Notes under the pieces: model-generated
Database searches by the model: none
Told to the model about the DNA's origin: nothing
The model's input: the letters and a program-made list of their open reading frames with translations, nothing else
Assembly: GCA_947625505.1 (NCBI GenBank)
Contig: CANQON010000006.1
Coordinates: 3,903 to 67,902 of the forward strand
From: an uncultured Bacilli bacterium
GTDB taxonomy: Bacteria; Bacillota_I; Bacilli_A; RF39; UBA660
Direction: 5' to 3'
DNA length: 64,000 bases
Shown: positions 42,230 through 52,463 of the stretch, in pieces
How the letters are laid out: each line of letters opens with the position of its first letter
Position numbering within the stretch: position 1 is the first letter of the stretch
Position numbers and translations under genes: made by a program

Positions 42230-43086
42230 ATACTTGTTTAGCAAATTTATTAGGCTATAGTCGTAGTAAAATAGCTAAAATGTTAAAAGATAATGCGATA
42301 TTAGTAAATGATACTCCTGTTAAAGCTAGTTATCAGTTAAAAAAAGGAGATATCATTAAAGTAGGGGAATACGTTGAAGAAGAAATGAGCGCTGAACCTG
42401 AAAAAATGGAATTAGATATCGTCTATGAAGATGATGATGTTATGGTTATTAATAAAGCTAATGGTATTGTTGTTCATCCTGCTGTAGGTAATAATCATGG
42501 TACTTTAGTTAATGGCTTATTATATCATTCAAATAAATTAAGTGATATTAATGGCGAATTTCGTCCTGGTATAGTTCATCGTATTGATGCTTATACAACA
42601 GGTTTATTAATGGTAGCTAAAAATAATGAAGCTCATGAAATATTAGCTCGTGAATTAAGTGAAAAAAAGACAACACGTAAATATTGGGCATTAGTATGGG
42701 GAATTATTAGACATGATACAGGAACAATAGATGCTCCTATAGGCAGAGATTTAAATGATCGTAAAAAAATGTGTGTTACAAGTATAAATAGTAAACCTGC
42801 TGTTACCCATTTTAAAGTTTTAGAAAGATATAAAAATGCTACTTTAATAGAGTTAAAACTTGAAACAGGTAGAACACATCAAATAAGAGTACATATGAAT
42901 TATATAGGATATCCTGTTGTTAATGATCCTGTGTATGGTAATCGTAAATTAATAGATGATACAGGTCAATGCTTACATGCTAAAACCTTAGGATTTATTC
43001 ATCCTAAAACAAATGAGTATATGGAATTTGATAGTGAATTACCTGAGTGTTTTATAAATATATTAAATAAATTTAAGGAAGAATAA
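42190..43086 (+). CDS. RluA/RluD-family 23S rRNA pseudouridine synthase
   Basis: S4 domain, VHRIDAYTTGL, LETGRTHQIRVH, LHAKTLGFIHP; canonical lspA neighbour. Confidence 0.93.
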   Translation: MQEYRIEEETGRIDTCLANLLGYSRSKIAKMLKDNAILVNDTPVKASYQLKKGDIIKVGEYVEEEMSAEPEKMELDIVYEDDDVMVINKANGIVVHPAVGNNHGTLVNGLLYHSNKLSDINGEFRPGIVHRIDAYTTGLLMVAKNNEAHEILARELSEKKTTRKYWALVWGIIRHDTGTIDAPIGRDLNDRKKMCVTSINSKPAVTHFKVLERYKNATLIELKLETGRTHQIRVHMNYIGYPVVNDPVYGNRKLIDDTGQCLHAKTLGFIHPKTNEYMEFDSELPECFINILNKFKEE

Positions 43087-43097
43087 GAGGTGATATC

Positions 43098-44264
43098 ATG
43101 AATATAACACTAGATAAAAATGATGAAATTGTTATGAAATTACTTCATTACTTTATAACAGAACAAGGATATAACCCAATTATTTTACATGGCGCTAAAG
43201 ATGAAATATGGTTAGAGAATACTGATGGTGATTATAAAATTATTCGAATAGTAACTAATTATATTCATAATGATGAACAATTTGATTGGGATATCTATCG
43301 TACTAAGCAAATAATGCGTACTATTAAAAGAAAAACCTTTAGTTTTGGGATGAATGCTTTAAGTATTTTTATTAACTTAGGTGATAATGTTCATTTAGAA
43401 GAAAATCATACGAAAAATATTGATTGTATTGAAATTAAAAATATTGATGATTTAAATAAATATGATTTCCTTAAAGAAACATTCCCAACTATAACTAAAA
43501 TAGGAAATGTAACAGAACAAGGCTTAGAATTATTTATGAAATTAACCGAAGAGATAAATAAAAAGAATAGAGAAGACGCTATTAAAGCTGATGAAGTATT
43601 TAGTAGAAAAAGACCTATTATTACATATGCTCTTATCATAAGTAACATTATTATGTTTATTATGACTTTATTAGCAGGAGGTAATATCTTTGGTATTGAT
43701 GCTAATCTATTATACTCTTTTGGAGGCTTAGTTAATTATAACACAATGACTAGCCCATTAGATTACTGGCATTTATTACCTAGTATGTTTTTACATGCTA
43801 ATTTACTACATCTTCTTGTTAACTTATATGCTCTATATGTTCTAGGCCCTCAATTAGAAAGCTTTTTTGGTAAAGTTAAATACTTATTTATCTATTTAGT
43901 AAGTGGTTTAATAGGTGGACTTGTATCAATGATCTTTTTAGGAGATAATGTTGTATCTGTTGGAGCAAGTGGAGCTATCTTTGGACTTATTGGAGCTTTC
44001 TTATTCTTTGGATATCATTACCGTGTATACTTTAGTGGCATAATTAAATCACAAATAATACCATTACTTATTGTTAACCTTATTTTAGGTGTTATGATTA
44101 GTGGTATAGATTTAGGTGCTCACTTTGGAGGAATTATTGGAGGATTCTTAGCTGCTAAAGCTATGGGTGTTAAATATAAAACAACAGTAAGTGATAATGT
44201 TAATGGCTTTGTTATGTTAGGTATTTTGACTATTTTTGCTATCTATTTAGGTATTACTATTTAA
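43098..44264 (+). CDS. Rhomboid intramembrane serine protease (GluP-like) with soluble N-terminal domain
   Basis: FLHANLLHLLVN, VGASGAIFG, AHFGG. Confidence 0.9.
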   Translation: MNITLDKNDEIVMKLLHYFITEQGYNPIILHGAKDEIWLENTDGDYKIIRIVTNYIHNDEQFDWDIYRTKQIMRTIKRKTFSFGMNALSIFINLGDNVHLEENHTKNIDCIEIKNIDDLNKYDFLKETFPTITKIGNVTEQGLELFMKLTEEINKKNREDAIKADEVFSRKRPIITYALIISNIIMFIMTLLAGGNIFGIDANLLYSFGGLVNYNTMTSPLDYWHLLPSMFLHANLLHLLVNLYALYVLGPQLESFFGKVKYLFIYLVSGLIGGLVSMIFLGDNVVSVGASGAIFGLIGAFLFFGYHYRVYFSGIIKSQIIPLLIVNLILGVMISGIDLGAHFGGIIGGFLAAKAMGVKYKTTVSDNVNGFVMLGILTIFAIYLGITI

Positions 44265-44290
44265 CTGAGAAGTATTTCTTCTCAGTTTTT
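44263..44290 (+). terminator. Rho-independent terminator
   Basis: AACTGAGAAG-TATTT-CTTCTCAGTT plus T run. Confidence 0.75.
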
Positions 44291-44389
44291 GTTTATATTA
44301 TAAGTGTAAAGTAACGTATAATTCATTAAAAAGATGGATTAAAATAAATAGGGATGTGATACAATAAAATTGATAATAGAGGTGATAAT

Positions 44390-45325
44390 ATGCCTAATCA
44401 AAGTATGCTAGAGGAAGAAAAAATAAAAAAGCAAAAAGAAGAAGAGACTAAAAAAAGTAAAGATGCAGACGCTAAGAAAGAAGAAGTAGCGAAAGCTTTT
44501 GGAATTAGCTTAGCTGATATTGAACATGTTGAATTAAATAATGGCAAAGAATTCTTTAAGTTTTATAATCCTAAAGATCGTACAGTTAAAATGATTGAAA
44601 ATAGGGATTATGGTAATGGTTTAAGTAAACAGTTTAAAAGTATTCAACAAGAACTATCTTTTACTCAAAGTGATAACGAAAGAGATAATGCAGCACGTAT
44701 TTATGAACATTCATCTGCTCATAAGAATATCGAATTATCTTTAATTCCTATTGAAGAGTTAAGAAGTAATCGTTTTAAATATATGCGTGCTATTAACGAA
44801 CTATCAACCATTGATAGAAAGAAAGTTATGGCTTTAATAAAAAGTAGTAAAGAAGTACGTTTAACACATATAAACATTGAGAATGCTATTGGTATAGATG
44901 AAGATCATAATGTTATTGACGTTGTATTTGATTATGCTAATAATCGTGCTATTATTAGAAATGCACGTGTATTAAATTATCAAGATCAAAATGAATACAC
45001 TGATAACGATGAAGAATTAGTTGAAATATCTGGTGCTGACTTCGATAAGTTAGTAGAAAATATTACGATAAGTGATGATACTCCTGTTGTAACTGATCCT
45101 GAAGAACGTATGACAGTTCGTGGAGAAGAAATAAGCGTTCAAACAGCTGTTCAATTATATGAAATGCCAGAAGCTATTGATAAGATGGACTTATCACCAA
45201 AGAAACGTCGTATTTATATGGGTATCGTAGAGGCTTTAAAACGTCGTATTGCGGCTAAAACAAATGAAAAGAAAACCCAAAAACAAAAAGTATTAGTAAA
45301 TGAAAACGATCATAAAGCTGCTTAG
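44390..45325 (+). CDS. Hypothetical soluble protein
   Basis: 311 aa ORF, SD GAGGTGA, host-like codon usage; no recognised family. Confidence 0.7.
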   Translation: MPNQSMLEEEKIKKQKEEETKKSKDADAKKEEVAKAFGISLADIEHVELNNGKEFFKFYNPKDRTVKMIENRDYGNGLSKQFKSIQQELSFTQSDNERDNAARIYEHSSAHKNIELSLIPIEELRSNRFKYMRAINELSTIDRKKVMALIKSSKEVRLTHINIENAIGIDEDHNVIDVVFDYANNRAIIRNARVLNYQDQNEYTDNDEELVEISGADFDKLVENITISDDTPVVTDPEERMTVRGEEISVQTAVQLYEMPEAIDKMDLSPKKRRIYMGIVEALKRRIAAKTNEKKTQKQKVLVNENDHKAA

Positions 45326-45337
45326 CTTTATGATTTT

Positions 45338-45715
45338 TTATATGTTAGGATTTTCTATATCTGCATTTGTTTCTGTACTAGATAAAGAAATAACATATAA
45401 AGCAATTAATTCTGATATAACAACTAAAATAGACGCTATTATTTGTAAATTATAACTTTTTAAATCTTGCTTTTTAGCTTTAGCTATTTTATATAGTTCA
45501 TAATTAATATATAGAAAGAAGAATCCTGATAATAAAATAACAATTCGATTAATCGTTGTTAACGATAGAGTATCCTTATTATTTAATATTGTTTTTTTAC
45601 CTAATTTAGCTAGTTTTTGATTATAAGTTATAACAATAGCGATAATCGATGTTACAACACCTATTACTAACGTTATAATTTGATAGTCAATATACTTTAT
45701 TTCTTCTTTCTTCAT
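45338..45715 (-). CDS. Hypothetical three-TM membrane protein
   Basis: Start reassigned to the ATG at 45715 (MKKEEIKY); three hydrophobic helices. Confidence 0.6.
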   Translation of the reverse strand: MKKEEIKYIDYQIITLVIGVVTSIIAIVITYNQKLAKLGKKTILNNKDTLSLTTINRIVILLSGFFFLYINYELYKIAKAKKQDLKSYNLQIIASILVVISELIALYVISLSSTETNADIENPNI

Positions 45716-45792
45716 AATACAATATATGATTTTTATGATATAATTTAAACAGATGATTTTATCATTTATTAACAATGAATACAGGTGATCTA

Positions 45793-47592
45793 ATGAAACA
45801 ACAAAATATTAGAAATTTCTCTATTATAGCGCATATTGATCATGGTAAAAGTACTTTAGCTGATCGTATTCTAGAGGCAACTGGTGCTATTAGTGAAAGA
45901 GAAAAGAAAGATCAATTATTAGATAGTATGGATCTTGAACGTGAAAGAGGAATAACAATTAAATTAAATGCTGTTAGATTAAACTATCATTATAATAATG
46001 AAGATTATTTACTACATTTAATTGATACTCCAGGTCATGTTGATTTTACATATGAAGTATCACGTTCTTTAGCAGCTTGTGAGGGAGCCTTACTTGTAGT
46101 AGATGCAGCCCAAGGTATTGAAGCTCAAACTTTAGCTAATCTATATCAAGCTTTAGATAATAACTTAACTATTATTCCTGTTATTAATAAGATTGATTTA
46201 CCTAATGCCGATATACCTAAAGTAACTAAAGAATTAGTAGATACGGTTGGTTTTGATGAAAAAGATATTTTATTAGTAAGTGCTAAAACAGGAGTAGGAA
46301 TAAAAGAGTTATTAGAAGCTATTATTGAAAGAATACCTGCTCCTAAAGGCAATATTAATGATAAATTACAATCTTTAATTTTTGATAGCTATTTTGATTC
46401 ATACCGTGGAATTGTAACATTATTACGTGTAGTTAATGGTAAAGTAAAAATAGGAGATAAAATTAAAATGATGGCAACTAATGCTACTTATGAAGTAACA
46501 GAATTAGGCTATCATAATCCTCATGAAATTAAAGTTAACGAGTTATCAGCAGGTGAAGTAGGATATTTATGTGCTAGTATTAAAAGTATTGAAGATGTTA
46601 AAGTAGGAGATACAATTACTTTAGAAGATAATCCATGTATAAAGCCATTAGAAGGGTATAAACCAATGAAACCAATGGTATTCTGTGGATTATATCCGAT
46701 AGAATCTAGTAAATTTCCTGATTTAAGAGAAGCTTTAGAAAAGTTAAAATTGAATGATGCATCTTTAGAATTTGAACCAGAAACATCTCAAGCCTTAGGA
46801 TTTGGTTTTCGTTGTGGCTTTTTAGGACTTCTTCATATGGAAATAATAGAAGAACGTATTGAAAGAGAATTCAATATTGATTTGATAGCTACTTCACCAT
46901 CCGTTGTATATGAAGTATTACTTACCGATAAAAGTATGATCTTAGTAGATAGTCCTAGTAAGTTACCTGATAGACAGCGTATTGAAGAAATAAGAGAGCC
47001 TTATATTAAAACAAATATATTTGTTCCTAGTGAATATATAGGACCTATTATGGAATTATGCCAAAATAAAAGAGGCAATTATATATCAATGGAATATATA
47101 GATGCTTCTAGAGTTAATATTCACTATGAAATACCATTATCAGAGATTGTTTATGATTTCTTTGATAAATTAAAAAGTTATACAAAGGGATATGCCTCTT
47201 TTGATTATGAATTAGTAGGATATAAACCTAGTAATTTAGTTAAGATGGATATTTTACTTAATGGAGAAATTGTTGATGCTTTAAGTATAATAGTGCATAA
47301 AGATTTTGCATATCCTAGAGGAAAAGCTATTGTAGAGAATTTACGTAAGTTGATTCCTCGTCAACAGTTTGAAGTACCTATTCAAGCCGTAATAGGTACT
47401 AAAGCTATCGCACGTGCCGATATTAAAGCTATGCGTAAGAACGTTTTAGCGAAGTGTTATGGTGGCGATGTATCTCGTAAAAGAAAATTATTAGAGAAAC
47501 AAAAAGAAGGTAAGAAACGTATGAAGATGGTTGGTAGTGTTGAAGTACCACAGGAAGCATTCTTATCAGTATTAAGTATGGAAGAAGAGTAG
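45793..47592 (+). CDS. lepA: Elongation factor 4 (LepA)
   Basis: [50 protein letters not shown]. Confidence 0.98.
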   Translation: MKQQNIRNFSIIAHIDHGKSTLADRILEATGAISEREKKDQLLDSMDLERERGITIKLNAVRLNYHYNNEDYLLHLIDTPGHVDFTYEVSRSLAACEGALLVVDAAQGIEAQTLANLYQALDNNLTIIPVINKIDLPNADIPKVTKELVDTVGFDEKDILLVSAKTGVGIKELLEAIIERIPAPKGNINDKLQSLIFDSYFDSYRGIVTLLRVVNGKVKIGDKIKMMATNATYEVTELGYHNPHEIKVNELSAGEVGYLCASIKSIEDVKVGDTITLEDNPCIKPLEGYKPMKPMVFCGLYPIESSKFPDLREALEKLKLNDASLEFEPETSQALGFGFRCGFLGLLHMEIIEERIEREFNIDLIATSPSVVYEVLLTDKSMILVDSPSKLPDRQRIEEIREPYIKTNIFVPSEYIGPIMELCQNKRGNYISMEYIDASRVNIHYEIPLSEIVYDFFDKLKSYTKGYASFDYELVGYKPSNLVKMDILLNGEIVDALSIIVHKDFAYPRGKAIVENLRKLIPRQQFEVPIQAVIGTKAIARADIKAMRKNVLAKCYGGDVSRKRKLLEKQKEGKKRMKMVGSVEVPQEAFLSVLSMEEE

Positions 47593-47607
47593 TAAAGGAG
47601 GAATATT

Positions 47608-49320
47608 ATGAGTGCTATTTATAATCGTAATGAAATAATTGAAGATTACTTAACTCATAATTTTACTCAAACGGAATTAGCGCATTATTATGATACTAAG
47701 TATTATCCTGGATATATATCTAGTCAAACAATTAGTAAAATAATTAATAATAAGAATTTACCTCAAGATATTAAGGATAAAATAGCTTTAAAAAAACAAG
47801 AGTTAAAAGGTAAAGGTAATGCTAATCAAGAATATCATGAGTTATGTAAAAAAATAGATCGTGAATTAGGTAAGATTGTGTTATTGCCTTCTTTTGTTAA
47901 TGAAGAAAATATTATGATGTTAAGGGTAGTTTATCTATATATTAATAATTGTACTTATACAGATATAAGTAATCTTTTAGGTTTATCTAAAGCTACGGTA
48001 TCTAAATATATTAATGAGTTATTAAAGACAGGTATTCTTAATGAAATAACGCGAACTATATTAAGAAATAAGTTGGATAATCAAAGTAAGTATAATAAAA
48101 ATGATGTAACGGAAGATATTAGATTAGCTGTTTCAACTTTTATTAAACTAAATGGTGATTATCAAGAAACAATGAAACAATTAAATATTTCTGAACGTAC
48201 TTTAAGTCGTTATTTAAGTACACCTAAATTAGAAGAAATAGTAGGTGAAGATGAATATCGTTCTTTTAAACAACTTGTTGATAGATATAATCATCAAAGA
48301 ATTATGGTAGCGAGCGCTAAATCAATACGTAATAAAAAGATTCAAAGTAGTTTAAGTCGCGCTAACACACCTAGAAGTATGGATATTAGTAAATTACTTA
48401 AATTAATATTAATAGATGAAATAATAGATATTAATGAATTAAAAAATAAATCTAATATACCTAGTTTTTTAATTAAAGATTATTTACAAAATTTAGATGA
48501 AATAAGATCTTTATTTGGTGAATATGTATATCAAGAATTACTTGGTGTTTATAGTAGTATTATCAAAGATGAAGATGATTTACAATTATCTTTAGTAGCT
48601 ACTTATTTAAAAGGAAGATATACTTATGAAGAAATAAGTAGTTTATTCTTTATTAATTCTAATAAAGCAAGACAATTATTAACAACTGATTTAGAAGAAT
48701 TAGAAAATAAAACAGGCAAAAATATTTCTTTAGCTATTCAAGAACATACTAAAGAAGTATCTAGAATTAAGAGAAGTTGTCCTAAAGATAAGTATACTAT
48801 TAGTGATCCTAATATGATTGAATTAGTACGTGATGATTTATTATATGTTAATAAGGGGCAATATACAACCTTACAATATATTATCATGTTCTATAAATAT
48901 CATGGTGTTTTAATTGATATGGCTATTAAAGAAGATATTCCTTATCAACTATTATATACTGATTTATCTAGTATTATAAATAGTGATATTTTAAATGTTG
49001 AAGCAAAAGAAAAACTATCTTTATATATGAAGTATGAAGAAACTTTATATGCTTTACCTAATGTTATTCAAAAATGGGATTTAATATCTAAATGTATCAA
49101 CACTTTATATAATAATGGTTTAGATGTAGCTCAAACACTTAAAGATTTAGAATTACCAATAGAGATATTTGAACGTATTATATTTGATGCTTCAGCACCT
49201 ACATTATTTGTTAAAGAAGTTATTTTAGATGCTAGAAAACAAGTTCAAAAGTATAAACAGAGTCTTCAAAAAGAAAATAATATTAATTTAATTGAAAGTA
49301 TTAAAGCGTGTATTAAATGA
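47608..49320 (+). CDS. Hypothetical protein with multiple tandem helix-turn-helix-like modules
   Basis: TYTDISNLLGLSKATVSKY, YQETMKQLNISERTLSRY and further weaker HTH-like repeats; SD AAGGAGG. Confidence 0.65.
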   Translation: MSAIYNRNEIIEDYLTHNFTQTELAHYYDTKYYPGYISSQTISKIINNKNLPQDIKDKIALKKQELKGKGNANQEYHELCKKIDRELGKIVLLPSFVNEENIMMLRVVYLYINNCTYTDISNLLGLSKATVSKYINELLKTGILNEITRTILRNKLDNQSKYNKNDVTEDIRLAVSTFIKLNGDYQETMKQLNISERTLSRYLSTPKLEEIVGEDEYRSFKQLVDRYNHQRIMVASAKSIRNKKIQSSLSRANTPRSMDISKLLKLILIDEIIDINELKNKSNIPSFLIKDYLQNLDEIRSLFGEYVYQELLGVYSSIIKDEDDLQLSLVATYLKGRYTYEEISSLFFINSNKARQLLTTDLEELENKTGKNISLAIQEHTKEVSRIKRSCPKDKYTISDPNMIELVRDDLLYVNKGQYTTLQYIIMFYKYHGVLIDMAIKEDIPYQLLYTDLSSIINSDILNVEAKEKLSLYMKYEETLYALPNVIQKWDLISKCINTLYNNGLDVAQTLKDLELPIEIFERIIFDASAPTLFVKEVILDARKQVQKYKQSLQKENNINLIESIKACIK

Positions 49321-50411
49321 TAACAGCTGCTTATATTCATATTCCATTCTGTGAAGATATATGTACTTATTGTGATTTTTGTAAATATTATTATAATAAA
49401 AAGTTTATTCTTCCTTATTTAGAAGCTTTAGATAAAGAAATAAAAAAAAGATATCATGAAGAAGTATTAAAGTCTATCTATGTAGGGGGAGGGACTCCTA
49501 GTAGTTTAAGCCTTGATGAGTTAAGAATTTTACTAAAGATATTATCTATATTTAAAATAAATGATACAGAGTATACTTTTGAATGTAATATCGAAAATAT
49601 TACAGAAGAGAAAGTAAAATTATTAAAAGAGTATGGTGTTAATCGTTTAAGTATAGGTGTTCAAACCTTTAATGAAAAGTTTTTATCTTACTTAAATCGT
49701 AAACATACGAAAGATTTAGTATATAATAAAATAGCTATGATTAAGAAATATTTTGATAATATTAATATTGATCTAATATACGCTATTCCAAATGAAACTT
49801 TAGAAGATTTAAAAGAAGATTTAGATAATTTCTTAAAGTTAGATATTGATCATATATCAACTTATTCTCTTATTATTGAAGAACATACTATTTTAGGTAA
49901 TAAGAAGACAATGCCTGTTGATGAAGAATTAGATTATCAAATGTATCAATTAATCATCAATAAATTAAAAGATTATGAGCATTATGAATTAAGTAATTTT
50001 GGTAAAAAAAGATCAAGACATAATTTAGTTTATTGGAATAATGAAGAATATTATGGCTTTGGATTAGGCGCTAGTGGATATGAAGGAAACACTAGATATA
50101 CTAATACTCGAAGTTTAACTGAGTACTTAAATGGACATTATCGTATATATGAAGAACAATTATATTTAAACACGACTATTGAAAATTATTTTATTTTAGG
50201 ATTACGTAAAATAAAAGGAATAAATAAAAGAGATTTTAAAAAGCGATATAATATTGATATAGATAAAATAGATATTATTAATAATTTAATAAAACAAGAT
50301 AAATTAAAATTAGATAATGATAATTTATATATTAATCCAAAATATCTTTATGTTAGTAATGATATTTTAGTAGAGTTTATGGGAGTTGATTATGAAAGAT
50401 ATATTTGCTAA
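49317..50411 (+). CDS. hemW: Radical SAM heme chaperone HemW (HemN-like)
   Basis: YIHIPFCEDICTYCDF, YVGGGTPS, NRLSIGVQ, HYELSNF, HNLVYW. Confidence 0.92.
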   Translation: MITAAYIHIPFCEDICTYCDFCKYYYNKKFILPYLEALDKEIKKRYHEEVLKSIYVGGGTPSSLSLDELRILLKILSIFKINDTEYTFECNIENITEEKVKLLKEYGVNRLSIGVQTFNEKFLSYLNRKHTKDLVYNKIAMIKKYFDNINIDLIYAIPNETLEDLKEDLDNFLKLDIDHISTYSLIIEEHTILGNKKTMPVDEELDYQMYQLIINKLKDYEHYELSNFGKKRSRHNLVYWNNEEYYGFGLGASGYEGNTRYTNTRSLTEYLNGHYRIYEEQLYLNTTIENYFILGLRKIKGINKRDFKKRYNIDIDKIDIINNLIKQDKLKLDNDNLYINPKYLYVSNDILVEFMGVDYERYIC

Positions 50412-50964
50412 AGAATTAAGTTATATTCATGATAATCGTATTAGAGAAAGTATTGGTAAATTAATAGATATGTTACCTGAATATTTTTTTAGAGTACCTG
50501 CATCTAGTACAGGTAAATATCATCCCAAATGTTCAAATGTTGAGGGAGGATTAGTTAATCATACAAAGATTGCTGTTAGATATGCTAAAGAGTTATTACA
50601 TAATGCTATTTTGTTTAATAATTTTAGTGATCATGATCAAGATATAATTATTGCTAGTTTGATTCTTCATGATGGATTTAAGCATGGTTTAACAGAAGAA
50701 AAATATGTACGTTTTGATCATCCTTTAATAGCTGCTAATTTTGTTAAGGAACATGCTATAGAAGTAGGATTAACAGAAGAAGAGGGGAATCTCTTATATG
50801 AAGTAATCTCATCACATATGGGTGTATTTAATACTAGTAATTATAGTGATGTAGTACTTCCACTACCTAAAACTAATATGCAAAAATTCGTTCATATGTG
50901 TGATGATTTAGCTAGTAAAAAGTTTATAAACGTTGAATTTAAAGGGCATGATATCGTAGAGTAA
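50392..50964 (+). CDS. HD-domain phosphohydrolase
   Basis: PASSTGKYHP, GGLVNHT, LILHDGFK, HP, SHMG, VHMCDDLAS. Confidence 0.85.
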   Translation: MKDIFAKELSYIHDNRIRESIGKLIDMLPEYFFRVPASSTGKYHPKCSNVEGGLVNHTKIAVRYAKELLHNAILFNNFSDHDQDIIIASLILHDGFKHGLTEEKYVRFDHPLIAANFVKEHAIEVGLTEEEGNLLYEVISSHMGVFNTSNYSDVVLPLPKTNMQKFVHMCDDLASKKFINVEFKGHDIVE

Positions 50965-50994
50965 AAACTATTTTAAATAGTTTTTATTTTTATA

Positions 50995-51060
50995 TTGACA
51001 AGTGTATGATAAACACTTTATAATGTAGTTATAGATAAGTGTAATAATAACACATCTATA
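50995..51060 (+). promoter_or_regulatory. thyX-tmk promoter with two palindromic operator-like sites
   Basis: TTGACA-18 nt-TATAAT; AAGTGT-N7-ACACTT (51000-51018) and AAGTGT-N7-ACACAT (51037-51055). Confidence 0.65.
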
Positions 51061-51074
51061 GAGAGGGATAGAAT

Positions 51075-52463
51075 ATGCGAGTAGAGTTATTAGCAGGAAA
51101 TAATATTAAAAAAAGAATTAAAATGATTGCGGCAGCAGGGAAGTTGTCACGAACTAAAGGAGATGTATTTGAAGTACTAGATAGTTGTGAAGTATATGAA
51201 AAAAATTTGGGTTTGGTTAAAGCAATATTAGGTATGGGGCATAAATCTATTATGGAACACGACTATTTTGTATTTGCTATAGGTGATGTAACACCTATTA
51301 TTGAACAAACAATCATAGGTTATAGATTAACATCTTTTACGATTAAATCGGGAAGAGAAACTAATTTTAAAAGTGCAGGACATTATACGCCTACTTTTAA
51401 AGATAAAGATAATAATTTAGTAGCTAATCAACAAGAATTAGTTGATAGGTATAACAGTCATATGGATATGTTATTTGATGAGTATGAAAATTATATTAAT
51501 AAAGGTGTAAAAGAAGAAGATGCACGTTTTGTTCTGCCTTATTCTTTTTTAACAAATATTATTATGGGATGTAATGCTCATGAATTAGAACGTATGATTA
51601 ATGAGTTTTTATATGGAAAACTTAGTAAGATTGATGAAATAAAGAAATTTGGTGAAGAATTATTAAAGATTGTAAGTAGTAAAGCACCTTATTTAACACC
51701 ACATATTAATGGTAATGGATATCAATTAGATGATTGGTATGATAAATATCGTATAGGAGGAGATATTAAGACTTATGATAAAGTAAGATTAGTATCTAGT
51801 ACACCTCATATTGATGAAAAAATAATTTTAAGTACCATTATGTATCATGAACAAGTAACAGAAGAACAAGCTAAAAAAATATTAAAAAGAATGCAAAAGA
51901 GTAATCCTAATATAATGGCAGAATTAATGAATGAAATAAAATATTCTAATGAACAAAGAGAATTAGAACAAGTTAATTTCCAATTTGAAATACCAATATC
52001 ATTAATTGTCTTAAAACATTTAACAAGACATCGTATGCATTCATTATTAGTGCCTTCTTTTGTTCCTATGTGGGATTTAAGTAATTATCAAACTCCTCCT
52101 AGTATTAAGAAAATAGATTTAGAGCATTATCAAGAATTACAAAAAATTAATTTAGAGGAATATCAGTATTTTAAAAGCTTAGGTATTCGTGATGAAGATT
52201 TAATATATTTCTATTTATGTGGAACATTCACTAATGTAGTAACAACGATGAATGGTAGATCTTTAGAATGGATATCACGTATGAGATGTTGTAATAAAGC
52301 GCAATGGGAGATTAGAAATATTGCTAATGAAATGGTAAGACAAGTAAAAGAGGTAGCGCCTGTTTATGGTACTTGTTTAGGAGCTAGTTGTGAAGCTTTC
52401 TTAACTTGCCCTGAAGGAAGAGAAAGCTGTGGTAAAGTAAAAGTACTTAGAGGTGAAAAGTAA
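51075..52463 (+). CDS. thyX: FAD-dependent thymidylate synthase, tandem two-domain form
   Basis: GHKSIMEH, EDARFVLP, RHRMHSLLVPS (RHRx7S), R.C..AQWEIR, C-terminal Cys cluster; about twice the usual length. Confidence 0.88.
   Translation: MRVELLAGNNIKKRIKMIAAAGKLSRTKGDVFEVLDSCEVYEKNLGLVKAILGMGHKSIMEHDYFVFAIGDVTPIIEQTIIGYRLTSFTIKSGRETNFKSAGHYTPTFKDKDNNLVANQQELVDRYNSHMDMLFDEYENYINKGVKEEDARFVLPYSFLTNIIMGCNAHELERMINEFLYGKLSKIDEIKKFGEELLKIVSSKAPYLTPHINGNGYQLDDWYDKYRIGGDIKTYDKVRLVSSTPHIDEKIILSTIMYHEQVTEEQAKKILKRMQKSNPNIMAELMNEIKYSNEQRELEQVNFQFEIPISLIVLKHLTRHRMHSLLVPSFVPMWDLSNYQTPPSIKKIDLEHYQELQKINLEEYQYFKSLGIRDEDLIYFYLCGTFTNVVTTMNGRSLEWISRMRCCNKAQWEIRNIANEMVRQVKEVAPVYGTCLGASCEAFLTCPEGRESCGKVKVLRGEK

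Noticed and set aside
45716-45792. Long N-terminal extensions of the 45338 ORF and of lepA given in the ORF track
   Set aside because: They would overlap head-to-head and cover the promoter region; downstream ATGs fit better
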